From the NCBI GenBank assembly GCA_038213805.1, contig JBBQSO010000026.1:1-60719 (forward strand): a DNA stretch of 60,719 nucleotides, written 5' to 3'. This stretch comes from Planctomycetota bacterium. Lineage in GTDB: Bacteria; Planctomycetota; UBA11346. The notes below the pieces were generated by a model. That model worked only from the letters and a program-made list of their open reading frames with translations, ran no database searches and was not told where the DNA came from. This document shows, piece by piece, positions 1-9,468 of the stretch (positions are counted from its first letter, which is position 1; every line of letters starts with the position of its first letter). A program made the translations under genes and the position numbers.

Positions 1-511
1 CCGTGACCTGGCTCTTGGCGTCGGGGCGCAGGTACTTGAGCTTGCCGCTGGCGCGCAGGCGGGCCTGCTCCTCGACCAGCTTGTGCGAGAGCGCGATCGG
101 CAGGGGCATCAGCTCGGGCGTCTCGTCGCAGGCGAAGCCGAACATCAGGCCCTGGTCGCCGGCGCCCTGCTCATGGTTGCCGCCCTCGTCGACGCCCATG
201 GCGATGTCGGGCGACTGGCGGTGGATGGCGACCATCACGCCGCAGCTGTCGGCGTCGAAGCCGATGCCGGCCTCGGTGTAGCCGATCTCCTTGATGGTGC
301 GGCGCACGATGTCCTGCGCGTCGATGATGCCCTTCGAGGTGATCTCACCGGCCACGACCACCTGGCCGGTGGTGACCAGGGTCTCGCAGGCCACGCGGCT
401 GCGCGGGTCCTGGGCAAGGTAGGCGTCCAGGATCGCGTCGCTGATCTGGTCGGCGACCTTGTCGGGGTGGCCCTTGGAAACGGATTCGGAGGTGAAGAGC
501 GAGCGCGCCAT
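1..511 (-). CDS. metK: S-adenosylmethionine synthetase (5' part; runs off the window start)
   Basis: Manual translation from ATG at 511: [49 protein letters not shown]...[12 protein letters not shown], the MetK signature motifs. Absent from the ORF track because it has no stop in the window. Confidence 0.97.
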   Translation of the reverse strand, partial: MARSLFTSESVSKGHPDKVADQISDAILDAYLAQDPRSRVACETLVTTGQVVVAGEITSKGIIDAQDIVRRTIKEIGYTEAGIGFDADSCGVMVAIHRQSPDIAMGVDEGGNHEQGAGDQGLMFGFACDETPELMPLPIALSHKLVEEQARLRASGKLKYLRPDAKSQVT

Positions 512-562
512 AGGGATCCTTCGAGCGGATGGTGGACAGCGGATTGGTGAAGCCGGAGGCAG

Positions 563-594
563 GTCTATCGTTCCATAGCGATGGAGCGATGGAC
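563..594. promoter_or_regulatory. Imperfect 14-bp-arm palindrome upstream of metK (candidate repressor operator)
   Basis: GTCTATCGTTCCAT-AGCG-ATGGAGCGATGGAC, immediately downstream of a weak minus-strand TTGCCG(626-621)-N18-TACCCG(602-597) promoter candidate. Confidence 0.45.
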
Positions 595-694
595 GACGGG
601 TAGAAGTCTGGGCCCCCGCCCGGCAAGTAAAGCGGGAGTAGCCCCGCCTGCCGCAGCACCAGCAGGCTTCGCGGAGGCTTGTCGCGGGCAGGCG

Positions 695-1015
695 CTAGCC
701 ACGCACGATACCCAGCGCCAGGGCCGCGAGCAGCACGCCGCCAGCGATGATCAGCGTGCCCAGCACGGGCTGGCGGATGCGCATCGCCACGATCACGCCC
801 AGCACCGCCGCAACCACGGCCAGGACCTGGTGCAGGGTGTCGGTGGTGAGCCTCTCGATCACATCCCATTGATGGTCGAGGGCCAACCACAGCGCCACCG
901 CGATCAATACCCCGCACATGGCGCGCGTGGTGACCTCCTTGCCCTGTGCGATGGCAATGGTGGCGGGTATGACCTGCATGGCTGCGAGGACGGAGTCGAT
1001 GTGGATCATGGCCAT
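695..1015 (-). CDS. Small hypothetical membrane protein (about 3 TM helices; start uncertain)
   Basis: The C-terminal ~105 aa of ORF 695..1213 is hydrophobic (VLIAVALWLAL, VLAVVAAVLGVIVAM, LIIAGGVLLAALALGIV). The upstream extension runs through repeat DNA. Confidence 0.55.
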   Translation of the reverse strand: MAMIHIDSVLAAMQVIPATIAIAQGKEVTTRAMCGVLIAVALWLALDHQWDVIERLTTDTLHQVLAVVAAVLGVIVAMRIRQPVLGTLIIAGGVLLAALALGIVRG

Positions 1016-1118
1016 AAGTTCCGGCATGCTGGGCACGCCGCTGGATGCACAATCGATGCTTGGGTTGGGAAGGGATGGGGAAGGGATGGGGAAGATCGGG
1101 GGGATCGCGGGCATGAGG

Positions 1119-1188
1119 TGCGGAGTGCGAGGTGCGAAATGCGAGATGCGCGTACCGAAGAGCGAGGAACGCGGAGCGCGGAGCGGGC
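1119..1188. repeat. Degenerate heptamer tandem array
   Basis: TGCGGAG TGCGAGG TGCGAAA TGCGAGA TGCGCGT ACCGAAG AGCGAGG AACGCGG AGCGCGG AGCGGGC. Confidence 0.7.
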
Positions 1189-1231
1189 TCGTATGATCCA
1201 TACTCCCGCTCACCGCCGGTGCGCCGACCGC

Positions 1232-2611
1232 TTATCGCATGTTCTCGCGCTGCGCGAGGCCGTCGTTAGGCCTCGCGCATGCCACTGAAAAACCGGCCAG
1301 CGCAGCGACTGCGCGCTCCACTGCTCCGAGTCCGGCTGCCCAGGCGCGCTGGCCGGCGGCGCCGAGCCGGGCGCGGCGGGCGGGATCGTCTGCAAGGTCG
1401 GCGAGGGTCGCCTGGAGCGTTGCGGGGGCGAGTTCCACTACGCCTTCGGCCTGGCGCAGCAGCGCCATGGCGTCGGGAAAGTTGCGGGTGTCGGTGCCGA
1501 CCGCCGTGCAGCAGCCGGCGGCAGCGGCCTCGAGCATGTTCTGCCCGCCGCGACCGGAGCCCAGGCTACCGCCTACCACCGCGATCCCGCCCTGCGCCGC
1601 GGTCCACGCGTAGAGAGCACCGAGCCGGCCGATCTCGTCGACGATCAACAGCTGGCCAGTGCCGTCACAGCGCTCGCCGCGACTGGAGCGGCGCGGCTCA
1701 GCGCCAAGCGCGCCGGCCAGGGCGACCAGTTCGTCGGCGCGTTCGATGTGGCGTGGGCAGATCACCACCTGCCAGCCGCGCTCACGCCACTGCGGCCACG
1801 CTTCGGCGAGCAGCGTGCGCTCCTCCATCACCGCGCCGCTGCTGGTCGAGGCGAGCAGCAGTACGGGCTGGCCCGCGCTCAGGCCCAGGCGCGCGGCCTC
1901 AGCGGCGGCGGCGCCCGCATCCGCCGGCCGCACCATGTCGGCCTTCATCGAACCGCCGACGCGCACCCGCCCCGGCCGCGCACCGAGCGCGGCCAGGCGC
2001 GCTGCCCAGGTGCCGTTCTGCGCCAGGACCAGGGCCAGGCTGGCGAACAAGGGGCGCAGCAGCGCGCCGCCACGGCCATAGCCGCGGAAGCTGCGCGCAC
2101 TCAGACGCGCGTTGAGCAGCACCACCGGCACGCCGCGCAGCGCGCACGCGCACAGGAACAGCGGCCACAGCTCGAGCTCGAGCAGCACCACCAGGCGCGG
2201 TCGGGTACGGCGCAGGAACGCCGTCACCGCCCACGGCAGGTCGAGCGGGAAGAACACCCGCGCATGTCCCGGGAAGGCCTGATCGAGCTGCGCGCGGCCG
2301 GTCTCGGTGGTGGTCGACAGCACGCAGTGTGCAGAGAACGCGGTCTCCAGGCGCGGCACCAGCGGACGCATCAGGTTGACCTCGCCCAGGCTGACGCCGT
2401 GCACCAGGATGCCGCCCGGCGCCGGCGCCGGGCCGCGCCCGCTGAGCTTTTCGCACAGGCTGACCAGGCCTTTGCGACGGATCCACAGGCGCTGCGCCAG
2501 GACCACAAGCAGCGCCGGAAAAAGCAGGACGATCAGAATGCTGAACAGCGCGGAGCGGTAGAGCCAGTCATGGCGCTGACCCGGGTCTCCGCACCCCCTC
2601 CCGTTACCCAT
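1232..2611 (-). CDS. waaA: 3-deoxy-D-manno-octulosonic acid (Kdo) transferase, GT30
   Basis: N-terminal TM helix, ILVHGVSLGEV, STTTETG, FFPLD, LELELWP, NARLS, PRH and GGQNMLEAAA motifs; near kdsA. Start placed at the ATG overlapping the coaC stop. Confidence 0.92.
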   Translation of the reverse strand: MGNGRGCGDPGQRHDWLYRSALFSILIVLLFPALLVVLAQRLWIRRKGLVSLCEKLSGRGPAPAPGGILVHGVSLGEVNLMRPLVPRLETAFSAHCVLSTTTETGRAQLDQAFPGHARVFFPLDLPWAVTAFLRRTRPRLVVLLELELWPLFLCACALRGVPVVLLNARLSARSFRGYGRGGALLRPLFASLALVLAQNGTWAARLAALGARPGRVRVGGSMKADMVRPADAGAAAAEAARLGLSAGQPVLLLASTSSGAVMEERTLLAEAWPQWRERGWQVVICPRHIERADELVALAGALGAEPRRSSRGERCDGTGQLLIVDEIGRLGALYAWTAAQGGIAVVGGSLGSGRGGQNMLEAAAAGCCTAVGTDTRNFPDAMALLRQAEGVVELAPATLQATLADLADDPARRARLGAAGQRAWAAGLGAVERAVAALAGFSVACARPNDGLAQRENMR

Positions 2612-3125
2612 CGACCGCCGCCGCGATCTCCTCGACATCCACCATCGCGCCAATCCCCTGCTCGCCGCAGGCGAGGTTGCCGGGCACCGGATCGAGCAGG
2701 CGTGCGCCGCCCGCGCGCAGCGTCGCGGCGTGGCCCTGGACCACCGGCTTGAGCCACATCTGGGTGTTCATCGCTGGCGCAATCAGCACGCGCTTGCCGG
2801 GATCAAGGGCCACAAAGATGGTCGCGAGCAGGTCGTCCGCTAGGCCCAGGGCGAAGCGCGCGAGCAGATCGGCGGTGGCCGGCGCGACCAGCACCAGGTC
2901 GGCCCAGCGCGCCAGGTCGATGTGCGGCATGCTGCCGTCGCTGGTCCACAGAGTCGTCGAGACCGGCTGGCGCGAGACCGCGGCCATGGCCTCGGCGGTG
3001 ACCAGGTGCAGGGCGCTGGCGGTCGGCACGCAGCGCACCGCGTGGCCGCGCCTGCCGAGGGCGCGGACCAGTTCGGGCGCCTTGTATGCGGCGATGCCGC
3101 CGCCGATGCCGAGGAGAACGTTCAT
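2604..3125 (-). CDS. coaC: Phosphopantothenoylcysteine decarboxylase (stand-alone CoaC flavoprotein domain)
   Basis: LLGIGGGIAAYK, HIDLARWAD, APATA, APAMNTQMW and LACGEQGIG motifs; 173 aa, no CoaB half. Confidence 0.9.
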   Translation of the reverse strand: MNVLLGIGGGIAAYKAPELVRALGRRGHAVRCVPTASALHLVTAEAMAAVSRQPVSTTLWTSDGSMPHIDLARWADLVLVAPATADLLARFALGLADDLLATIFVALDPGKRVLIAPAMNTQMWLKPVVQGHAATLRAGGARLLDPVPGNLACGEQGIGAMVDVEEIAAAVDG

Positions 3126-3174
3126 GCGCGCCAGTATCGCCTTCCACGTCGCCGGCGCCAGCGACCGGCAGGGT

Positions 3175-5586
3175 TCAGCGCAGCGCGGGCGCCGGGCGCT
3201 CGGGCGCGCTGACCACCCGCACGGCGGCCGGATCGAGCTCGATGATCAGCGAATCGGTGACCACCAGCAGGCCGGGGCTGCCGGCCTGACTGCGCAGGCG
3301 GCGCGGGCTGAAGCCGACCTTGCCTTCCCAGGCGACCACGCCGCCGTGCGCACCGGCGAAGGTCAGGCCGTTGACTCTCAGCGGACCGGGCGCGAGCGGC
3401 TCGCCGGGCAGCAGGCGGCCGGTGAAATCCTCGAGCAGAGCCGGACCCGGGACGATGGCGGTGACCAGGCGGTCCTCGGCGTCGAGCAGGAACGGCTCAG
3501 GTCCGCGCTGGCCGAAGACGGTCGCGGTATCGCTGTATCCCAGCAGCTGGAAGGCACCCTTCCGCTTCGCCGAGATCAGCACGCGGCCGGACTGCTCGAG
3601 CACCAGCAGCGACAGGCCGACGTGGCACGCGTCGCGTGGCGACCAGTGGGCGGGCGCGTCCTCGCTGTCGGCTAGGTCGCTGGGGATCAGCCGCGCGTGG
3701 CGCACGCGGAAGCGCGGCGAAATCGCGTAGCCCATGGTCTGCGGCTCCGGTGCGGGGCTGGCGGCGCTCCACTGCACGTTGCGCCGGGCTTTTAGCGAGG
3801 GCAGCTCGAGCTCGCTCCAGCTGACCCCGGAATTGATCGCGATCACGCGCTCGCGCGCCGGCTCGATGGCGATATCCCACGGGCCGGGCGGCAGCGGCAC
3901 CTTCTGGCTGGCACGGTGCGCGGGATCGGCGTCGAGGCGCACCAGTTCGAAGGTGCGCGTCGCGTAGGGGCCGTGACCGACCAGCCCCCACGGCAAGGCC
4001 TGGACGGTGAGCTCGCCGTCATCGTCGCCGCTCCACAACTGATGACCTTGGTCGTCATAGAGCACCTGACGATTATCGTCGAAGTGCAGGAGCAGCCCGC
4101 CTGGGTTGTCGGTGATGAAGTCTGGCCCGGACGGCGCGGTGAATAGCGGGCGCTCGACCGGCTCATCACCGGAGAGATCGAGCATCGCCACCGCCGGACC
4201 CTGCCAGCACACCACCTGGTTGGGCGCCTGGGCGCGCAGGGTGTAGGGCTTGGTGAACTTGAAGGCCGGCGGCGCGGCGGGATCCGCGAGCAGGTCTTTC
4301 CAGCGCCAGCAGAGGACGCTGTAGGTCTGCCCGCCGACCTGCACGAGGTTACCGAAGGGGTCGGTCTCGACGCCGCTGCTCTGGCTGAGACCCGCCCCCA
4401 CCACCAGCCAGCGCCCGACGGTGTCGATGCGCGGGTAGGAGCGGGTCAGCACTCCGCTCAGATTGATCTCGACGGTGCTGCCATCCGGCTTGACCAGCAG
4501 CACGCTCGGCGGCAGCGGCGGCGGCGGCGGGAGCGGCCGCCGCACCTTGGCAAGCTTGCCGTCGCTGGCGACGGCGGCGGCGGCGGCGGCGGCGGCCGCT
4601 CCAGCCGCGGGCTCGGCAACCTCGGGCGGCGGCTTGGGCACTGGCGGGATGACCAGCAGGGCTGCCGCGCCTGGTCCGAGCGCGGCACCACCCTGGGCGA
4701 AGACTGCGGCCTGGCCCTGGCGCCAGAGGACGCGCATCCGTTCCGCCCAGGTCCCGTTCTTGGGCTCGGCGATCAGCCAGGCGCCGCCGGCTCCGACCGC
4801 GGCCGGCCGCCGCAGCTCGGGGAGGGCCGTCGCCTTGCCATTGCCGGAGATGAGCAGGATGCGACCCGGGCCGGCGGCGTCGGTGGCCACCGCTACGGCG
4901 CTGCCGTCGTCCGCGACGCAGATGCCGGGGCGGAACTCCTCGTCTACCAGCAGTGGGACCTCGCTGCGCAGGACATCGACGCCGGTGGTGAGGTTGCGCA
5001 CCGCCAGATTCAGCACGTTCGCACGGATCGAACACAGCGCGAGCAGCTTGCCGTCGTCTGTCAGCGCGCAGCGTTGGGCCGGGAACGGCAACGCCACCGG
5101 CAGGCTCAGCGGACGGCCGTCCGGCGCGACCTGGTAGTAGTGCTGGCCCGAGACCACGCCGATGACGTCCCCGCGATCGAAGGCGGCGACGATGTTGTGG
5201 GGGAAGGCGAGGAGCGGATCACCGAGGACCTCGGAAGTACCAAGCACCGAGCCGCCCTTGCGGTCGCCGAGGCGCTGGACGGAATAGGCCTCAAGCTGGA
5301 GCACGGTCCACAGGTTGCCTGCCTTAAGTGCCTCGACGAGCAGCGCCTTGACCTTGGCCCTTGCCTCGACCTGCTCCTTGGCGTCGGCACCTGGACGGAC
5401 GTCGGCACCGCGCACACCGGCGGGGCGTACCTCGCCCCGCGGGACCTTGGCGGGTGCGTCAGCAGCCGGCGTGGCCCCAGCCTTCAGGGCCGGGAACTGC
5501 AACGGGCTCTCGGCCGCGCCCGCCCCACCCAGGCCAAGAAGGCAGCCCAACAGGCTGGCGACGATGGGAGCGGCATGAAGACGCAT
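3175..5586 (-). CDS. Large secreted hypothetical protein (~800 aa, possibly beta-propeller-rich)
   Basis: Signal peptide MRLHAAPIVASLLGCLLGLGGAGA-AE, strong GC3 codon bias, TATAAT 18 nt upstream of the ATG, internal Ala/Pro linker. Confidence 0.75.
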   Translation of the reverse strand: MRLHAAPIVASLLGCLLGLGGAGAAESPLQFPALKAGATPAADAPAKVPRGEVRPAGVRGADVRPGADAKEQVEARAKVKALLVEALKAGNLWTVLQLEAYSVQRLGDRKGGSVLGTSEVLGDPLLAFPHNIVAAFDRGDVIGVVSGQHYYQVAPDGRPLSLPVALPFPAQRCALTDDGKLLALCSIRANVLNLAVRNLTTGVDVLRSEVPLLVDEEFRPGICVADDGSAVAVATDAAGPGRILLISGNGKATALPELRRPAAVGAGGAWLIAEPKNGTWAERMRVLWRQGQAAVFAQGGAALGPGAAALLVIPPVPKPPPEVAEPAAGAAAAAAAAAVASDGKLAKVRRPLPPPPPLPPSVLLVKPDGSTVEINLSGVLTRSYPRIDTVGRWLVVGAGLSQSSGVETDPFGNLVQVGGQTYSVLCWRWKDLLADPAAPPAFKFTKPYTLRAQAPNQVVCWQGPAVAMLDLSGDEPVERPLFTAPSGPDFITDNPGGLLLHFDDNRQVLYDDQGHQLWSGDDDGELTVQALPWGLVGHGPYATRTFELVRLDADPAHRASQKVPLPPGPWDIAIEPARERVIAINSGVSWSELELPSLKARRNVQWSAASPAPEPQTMGYAISPRFRVRHARLIPSDLADSEDAPAHWSPRDACHVGLSLLVLEQSGRVLISAKRKGAFQLLGYSDTATVFGQRGPEPFLLDAEDRLVTAIVPGPALLEDFTGRLLPGEPLAPGPLRVNGLTFAGAHGGVVAWEGKVGFSPRRLRSQAGSPGLLVVTDSLIIELDPAAVRVVSAPERPAPALR

Positions 5587-5775
5587 GGGTGCTCCGGGCC
5601 AGACATTATACCCCATGCGACGGGGATCATTACCGGGAGATTGGGAAGTGAATCGCGTCACAGGTGCGGGGTGTCCCGCGTTTGGTTCGAGGGCTGCGCG
5701 CATCGCTGCGGTCCGCGGGCCTGGCGGCCGTCCCCGCAGCGGAGCCGTTGCAGCGCAAGTGGTTCCGCCCGCGGA

Positions 5776-6660
5776 TCAATAGCCCCGCGGCGCCGGCGGC
5801 GCCGGCCGGCCCAAGGCCTGGTGCAGTGCCTTGAAATCGCGCAGCAGCGCGGCCAATTCGCCTGTCGGCACCACATTGGGACCGTCGCTGAGGGCATGGC
5901 GTGGGTCGTCGTGGGTCTCGAGGAAGATGCCCTCGACGCCCACCGCCAACGCGGCACGCATGAGCATCGGGGCGAAGTGCCCGGAACCCCCGCTCTTGGT
6001 GCCCATGCCGCCCGGGGCCTGCACCGAATGGGTACCGTCGAAGACCACCGGCACGCCGAAGCCGCGCATCACCGGCAGGGCGCGGAAGTCGCTGACCAGG
6101 GTGTTGTAGCCGAAGCTGGTGCCGCGCTCGATGAGGATCAGGCGGTCCTTGAGGGCGCCGCGCGGCGTCGGGACGGCGCGGAACTTGGCGACGATGTTGC
6201 CACAGTCCCACGGCGCCAGGAACTGGCCCTTCTTGATGCTGATGGCGCGCCCGCTGCGCGCGCAGGCCTCGACCAGGTCGGTCTGCCGGCAGAGCAGCGC
6301 CGGCACCTGCAGCAGGTCGACGACCTTGGCGACCTCGGCCACCTGCCAGGTCTCGTGGACATCGGTGGTCACCGGCAACCCGGTGGCGTCCTTGACCCGC
6401 GCCAGGATGCGCAGGCCCTCGTCCAGGCCGTTGCCGCGGAAGCTCGCGTGACTGGTGCGGTTGGCCTTGTCGTAGCTCGCCTTGAACACCACCGGAAAGC
6501 CTACTTTCCTGGCCGCCGCCTTGACCAGGCGCGCCATGCGCAGGGCGTGCGCCTCGCTCTCGATCACGCACGGCCCCATGATCAGCAGCGGCAGCGGCCC
6601 GCCCGCGACGACGCCGGGAGCGATGGTGACGGGAGCGATGGTCTGGATCTTCGGCTTCAT
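5776..6660 (-). CDS. kdsA: KDO-8-phosphate synthase
   Basis: GPCVIES, FKASYDKANRTS, KKGQF, ERGTSFGY, DGTHSVQ, FLETH and SDGP motifs. The Cys in GPC suggests the metal-dependent class. Confidence 0.96.
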   Translation of the reverse strand: MKPKIQTIAPVTIAPGVVAGGPLPLLIMGPCVIESEAHALRMARLVKAAARKVGFPVVFKASYDKANRTSHASFRGNGLDEGLRILARVKDATGLPVTTDVHETWQVAEVAKVVDLLQVPALLCRQTDLVEACARSGRAISIKKGQFLAPWDCGNIVAKFRAVPTPRGALKDRLILIERGTSFGYNTLVSDFRALPVMRGFGVPVVFDGTHSVQAPGGMGTKSGGSGHFAPMLMRAALAVGVEGIFLETHDDPRHALSDGPNVVPTGELAALLRDFKALHQALGRPAPPAPRGY

Positions 6661-6947
6661 GGGCGCGGAGGATACGGCGGGAGGCAAGGGGGGAAGGGGG
6701 GAAGGAGATGAAGGGAGCGCCGGAGCGAGAGAGCGAGAAAAGAAAGACAGCAGGGAGGAAATGGTCACGCGGTGGTTTGTCCGATCACATGAAATCAACG
6801 AGGAGCCGTGCTCGATCCCACTGGTCAACCCCATTTTTCATAAAGTCTTCCCCTCGCTTCCTCGCTCCCTTGCTACCTCTCTCGCTCGCTCCTCTCGCCT
6901 CCCTTCCCCTCTTGCCCCGTCCCCGCTCCGCCCAGCATGGCTCGACA

Positions 6948-8114
6948 ATGGCCTGGGACCTCTCGCGACTGAAGAACCATGCCGCGGGCGCCGCGGTGGT
7001 GGGGGCGCTGATGGTGGCGGCGCTGGGGGTGATGGCGTTCTTCCTCGCCCTGCGCCCGTGCCGCATGCGCTTCGATCCCGGACAATTCGTCACCTACCGG
7101 CTGCACACCGAGATGGCCGAACTGGCGCCCGACAACAGCGAGGCTCCCGCCCAGGTCAGCGAGCGCGAGATCGACTTCATCTGCATCGGGACGGACAACG
7201 ACGTGGTCATGCTCACCCCCGAGCAGGGCCGCGACCAGAGCACGCTGATGACCTTCTCGCCGGCCGGCACGGCGCGCACCCTGGATGCCGCGGCGCGGCC
7301 GACCGAAACCGGGCGGGCCTTCGGCTTCTTCGACTTCAACCTGCTGCCCCTGCCGCCGGGTTCTGAGCAGGCCTGGAACGTCGACCTCGTCTACGCCGCG
7401 CTGCCGGTCAACAAGCGTCTGGTCCAGGGCAAGGTGCGGCGCATGCGCAGCGGTTCGAGCCCGGAGTTCGAGCTCAAGCTGCCGCCCAGCGTCGAGTGGA
7501 TCAACGAGGACAACCGCTACGTCCAGGTCCGCGATCTGGTCTGCCGCTACCGCTTCAGCACCGGCAAGGGCCTGGTCGACCATGCGAGCGTGCACTGCAT
7601 CGCCGGCATCGAGCGCGACGACGGCCGCCACCGTTTCCACGTGCGCTGCGACCTGGTGCTGGCCGCCACCGGACGCACCAACGACGACCCGCGCCAGGTG
7701 CGCGACCTGGCGCTGGCCAGCCGCGAGGTCGAAGACGCCATCAGCGGCGGCCACAACGAACGCCTGGCGACGTTGCGCAGCCGCATCCTCGCCACCGATG
7801 TCCAGCATCCGCGCCTGCGCGAGCTGGCCGCGCGCCTCGCCGCCGAGGCCGCGCGCAGCGCGCCGCTGCCGACCCAGCCCGCCAAGGGGCTGTGGGCGGT
7901 GCTGGTGGCGAGCGGTCCGGCCGAGCAGAAGGCCCAGGCGGAGTCCTTCGCGCGCACCCTGTCGCACCAGGGCTTCCGTTCCTACCTGGGCGCCGCCGGC
8001 AGCGGCTACGCGGTCTACGTCGGGCCGTTCTTCGACCGCGATCCAGGCGTGCTCACCGCGCTTGGCCAGCGCTATCCCCAGCTGCGCCCGGTGTGGGTGC
8101 GGGCGGCGCCATGA
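6948..8114 (+). CDS. Membrane-anchored protein with C-terminal SPOR-like peptidoglycan-binding domain
   Basis: N-terminal TM helix. C-terminal WAVLVASG...AESFARTLSHQGF...YAVYVGPFFDR pattern matches the SPOR fold. Confidence 0.65.
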   Translation: MAWDLSRLKNHAAGAAVVGALMVAALGVMAFFLALRPCRMRFDPGQFVTYRLHTEMAELAPDNSEAPAQVSEREIDFICIGTDNDVVMLTPEQGRDQSTLMTFSPAGTARTLDAAARPTETGRAFGFFDFNLLPLPPGSEQAWNVDLVYAALPVNKRLVQGKVRRMRSGSSPEFELKLPPSVEWINEDNRYVQVRDLVCRYRFSTGKGLVDHASVHCIAGIERDDGRHRFHVRCDLVLAATGRTNDDPRQVRDLALASREVEDAISGGHNERLATLRSRILATDVQHPRLRELAARLAAEAARSAPLPTQPAKGLWAVLVASGPAEQKAQAESFARTLSHQGFRSYLGAAGSGYAVYVGPFFDRDPGVLTALGQRYPQLRPVWVRAAP

Positions 8115-9229
8115 ACGGGCCCCGCGCACGGCGGTGGGCTGGACTGGCCGTGGGCTGCGTGGCGATCGTGCTCGCAGGCGCCCCGACAGCGAGCGCCGCG
8201 GAGCTCGACCCATCGATCGTCGAGAACCCACGCACGGTGAACATGGAGCGCGGTGCGAGCAAGCGCTGGGAGGCACTCTTCGAGCAGAACCCGGGCTGGA
8301 TCCCGCGCCAGCTCGCCTACATCGAGATCCACCAGAACGACATCATCCTCAGCCTGCTCGCCGCGCGGCTGCTCTACCACGGATCGCCGTGGACGCACCG
8401 CGACAACGACAACACCAACGTCGCGCGCTGGAAGGCGACCAGCAGCGACGTGCGCCTGGCCATCCTGCGCGCGCTGCGCTGGCACCGCGAACCGGTGGTG
8501 TTCGCGCTGCTCAGCACCTTCCTGGCCGGCGAGGACGAACCGGCGCTGGTCACCTCGGCGCTGATCGACATGCACCTCATCGACCCGGGCAGCACGCCCG
8601 CCTGGGCGCTGCGCCTGGCCGACCCGCGCCATGAGGCGCATCTGCCCGGATCGGCCAATCCGACGGTGCGCATGCGCGCGCTCGACTACCTGGTCGAGAC
8701 CCAGGGGGTGCAGAGCCCGGCGACGCTGCAGGCCCTCGACTGGGCGCTGCTGCACACCAGCGGCGACGAGCGCAACCACGGCATCGGTGCGATCCCGGCG
8801 AAGAGCGCACCGGCCCTGCTCGGCGCGGTGATCCTCGCCCTCGCGGCCGAGAGCCGTGGCGGCGTGCTCGATGACCAGGGCCGGCTCGGCCTGGTGCTGG
8901 CCACCTCGCGCATCAGCGGCAACGCCGACCGCGAGCTGGTGCAGGTGCTGATGGATTTGACCGTGCACGCCGATCGCGCCGTCGCCTCGACCACCGCCTC
9001 CGCGCTCGCCACCGGCGTGTCGTGGGAGGTCGCGGTCGCCGTCAACGACCTCGCCGACCGCGCCAGCGACCCCAAGCAGGACCCGGTGGTGCGCGAGGCG
9101 CTGATGGCGCTGCTCATGCGCCTCTACCCCTCCTTCGTCCCCGACGCCGCCGGCCCCGACAGCCCGTGGACCGACCTCGCCCACCACCAGGAGCGCTTGC
9201 AGGCGTGGGAGGCGGAGCGCGCGAAGTAG
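8111..9229 (+). CDS. Secreted alpha-helical (HEAT-like) hypothetical protein
   Basis: ATGA overlap with the SPOR gene, signal peptide, and HEAT-like units (DVRLAILRAL, TVRMRALDYL, VVREALMALL). Confidence 0.7.
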   Translation: MNGPRARRWAGLAVGCVAIVLAGAPTASAAELDPSIVENPRTVNMERGASKRWEALFEQNPGWIPRQLAYIEIHQNDIILSLLAARLLYHGSPWTHRDNDNTNVARWKATSSDVRLAILRALRWHREPVVFALLSTFLAGEDEPALVTSALIDMHLIDPGSTPAWALRLADPRHEAHLPGSANPTVRMRALDYLVETQGVQSPATLQALDWALLHTSGDERNHGIGAIPAKSAPALLGAVILALAAESRGGVLDDQGRLGLVLATSRISGNADRELVQVLMDLTVHADRAVASTTASALATGVSWEVAVAVNDLADRASDPKQDPVVREALMALLMRLYPSFVPDAAGPDSPWTDLAHHQERLQAWEAERAK

Positions 9230-9253
9230 TGCAGGTTACGGAGAATTGCGGAT

Positions 9254-9439
9254 TGAACAGGAGACGCGGAGACGCAGAGGTCGGAGGAGGAGACGCCTCG
9301 TGCACCCGCTTCCCAGACTTGCCATGCGCACGGCGACGCCCCTTGCTGGGCGGGCCAAGACCGGTCCATGGCATCCTCGTGCCCGCGAAGGCCCGACCGC
9401 CGCCTCCTCCGATCTCCGCGTCTCCGCGCCTCCTGTTCA
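9254..9439. repeat. Palindromic intergenic element (MITE/REP-like family, copy 1)
   Basis: TGAACAGGAGACGCGGAGACGCAGAGGTCGGAGGAGG ... CCTCCTCCGATCTCCGCGTCTCCGCGCCTCCTGTTCA inverted arms. Confidence 0.85.
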
Positions 9440-9468
9440 GCTGTCCAGTTGTCCGACAACCCAATGGA

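Noticed and set aside
512..694. SAM riboswitch upstream of metK
   Set aside because: No SAM-I/II core motifs could be identified by eye; only a simple palindrome is present.
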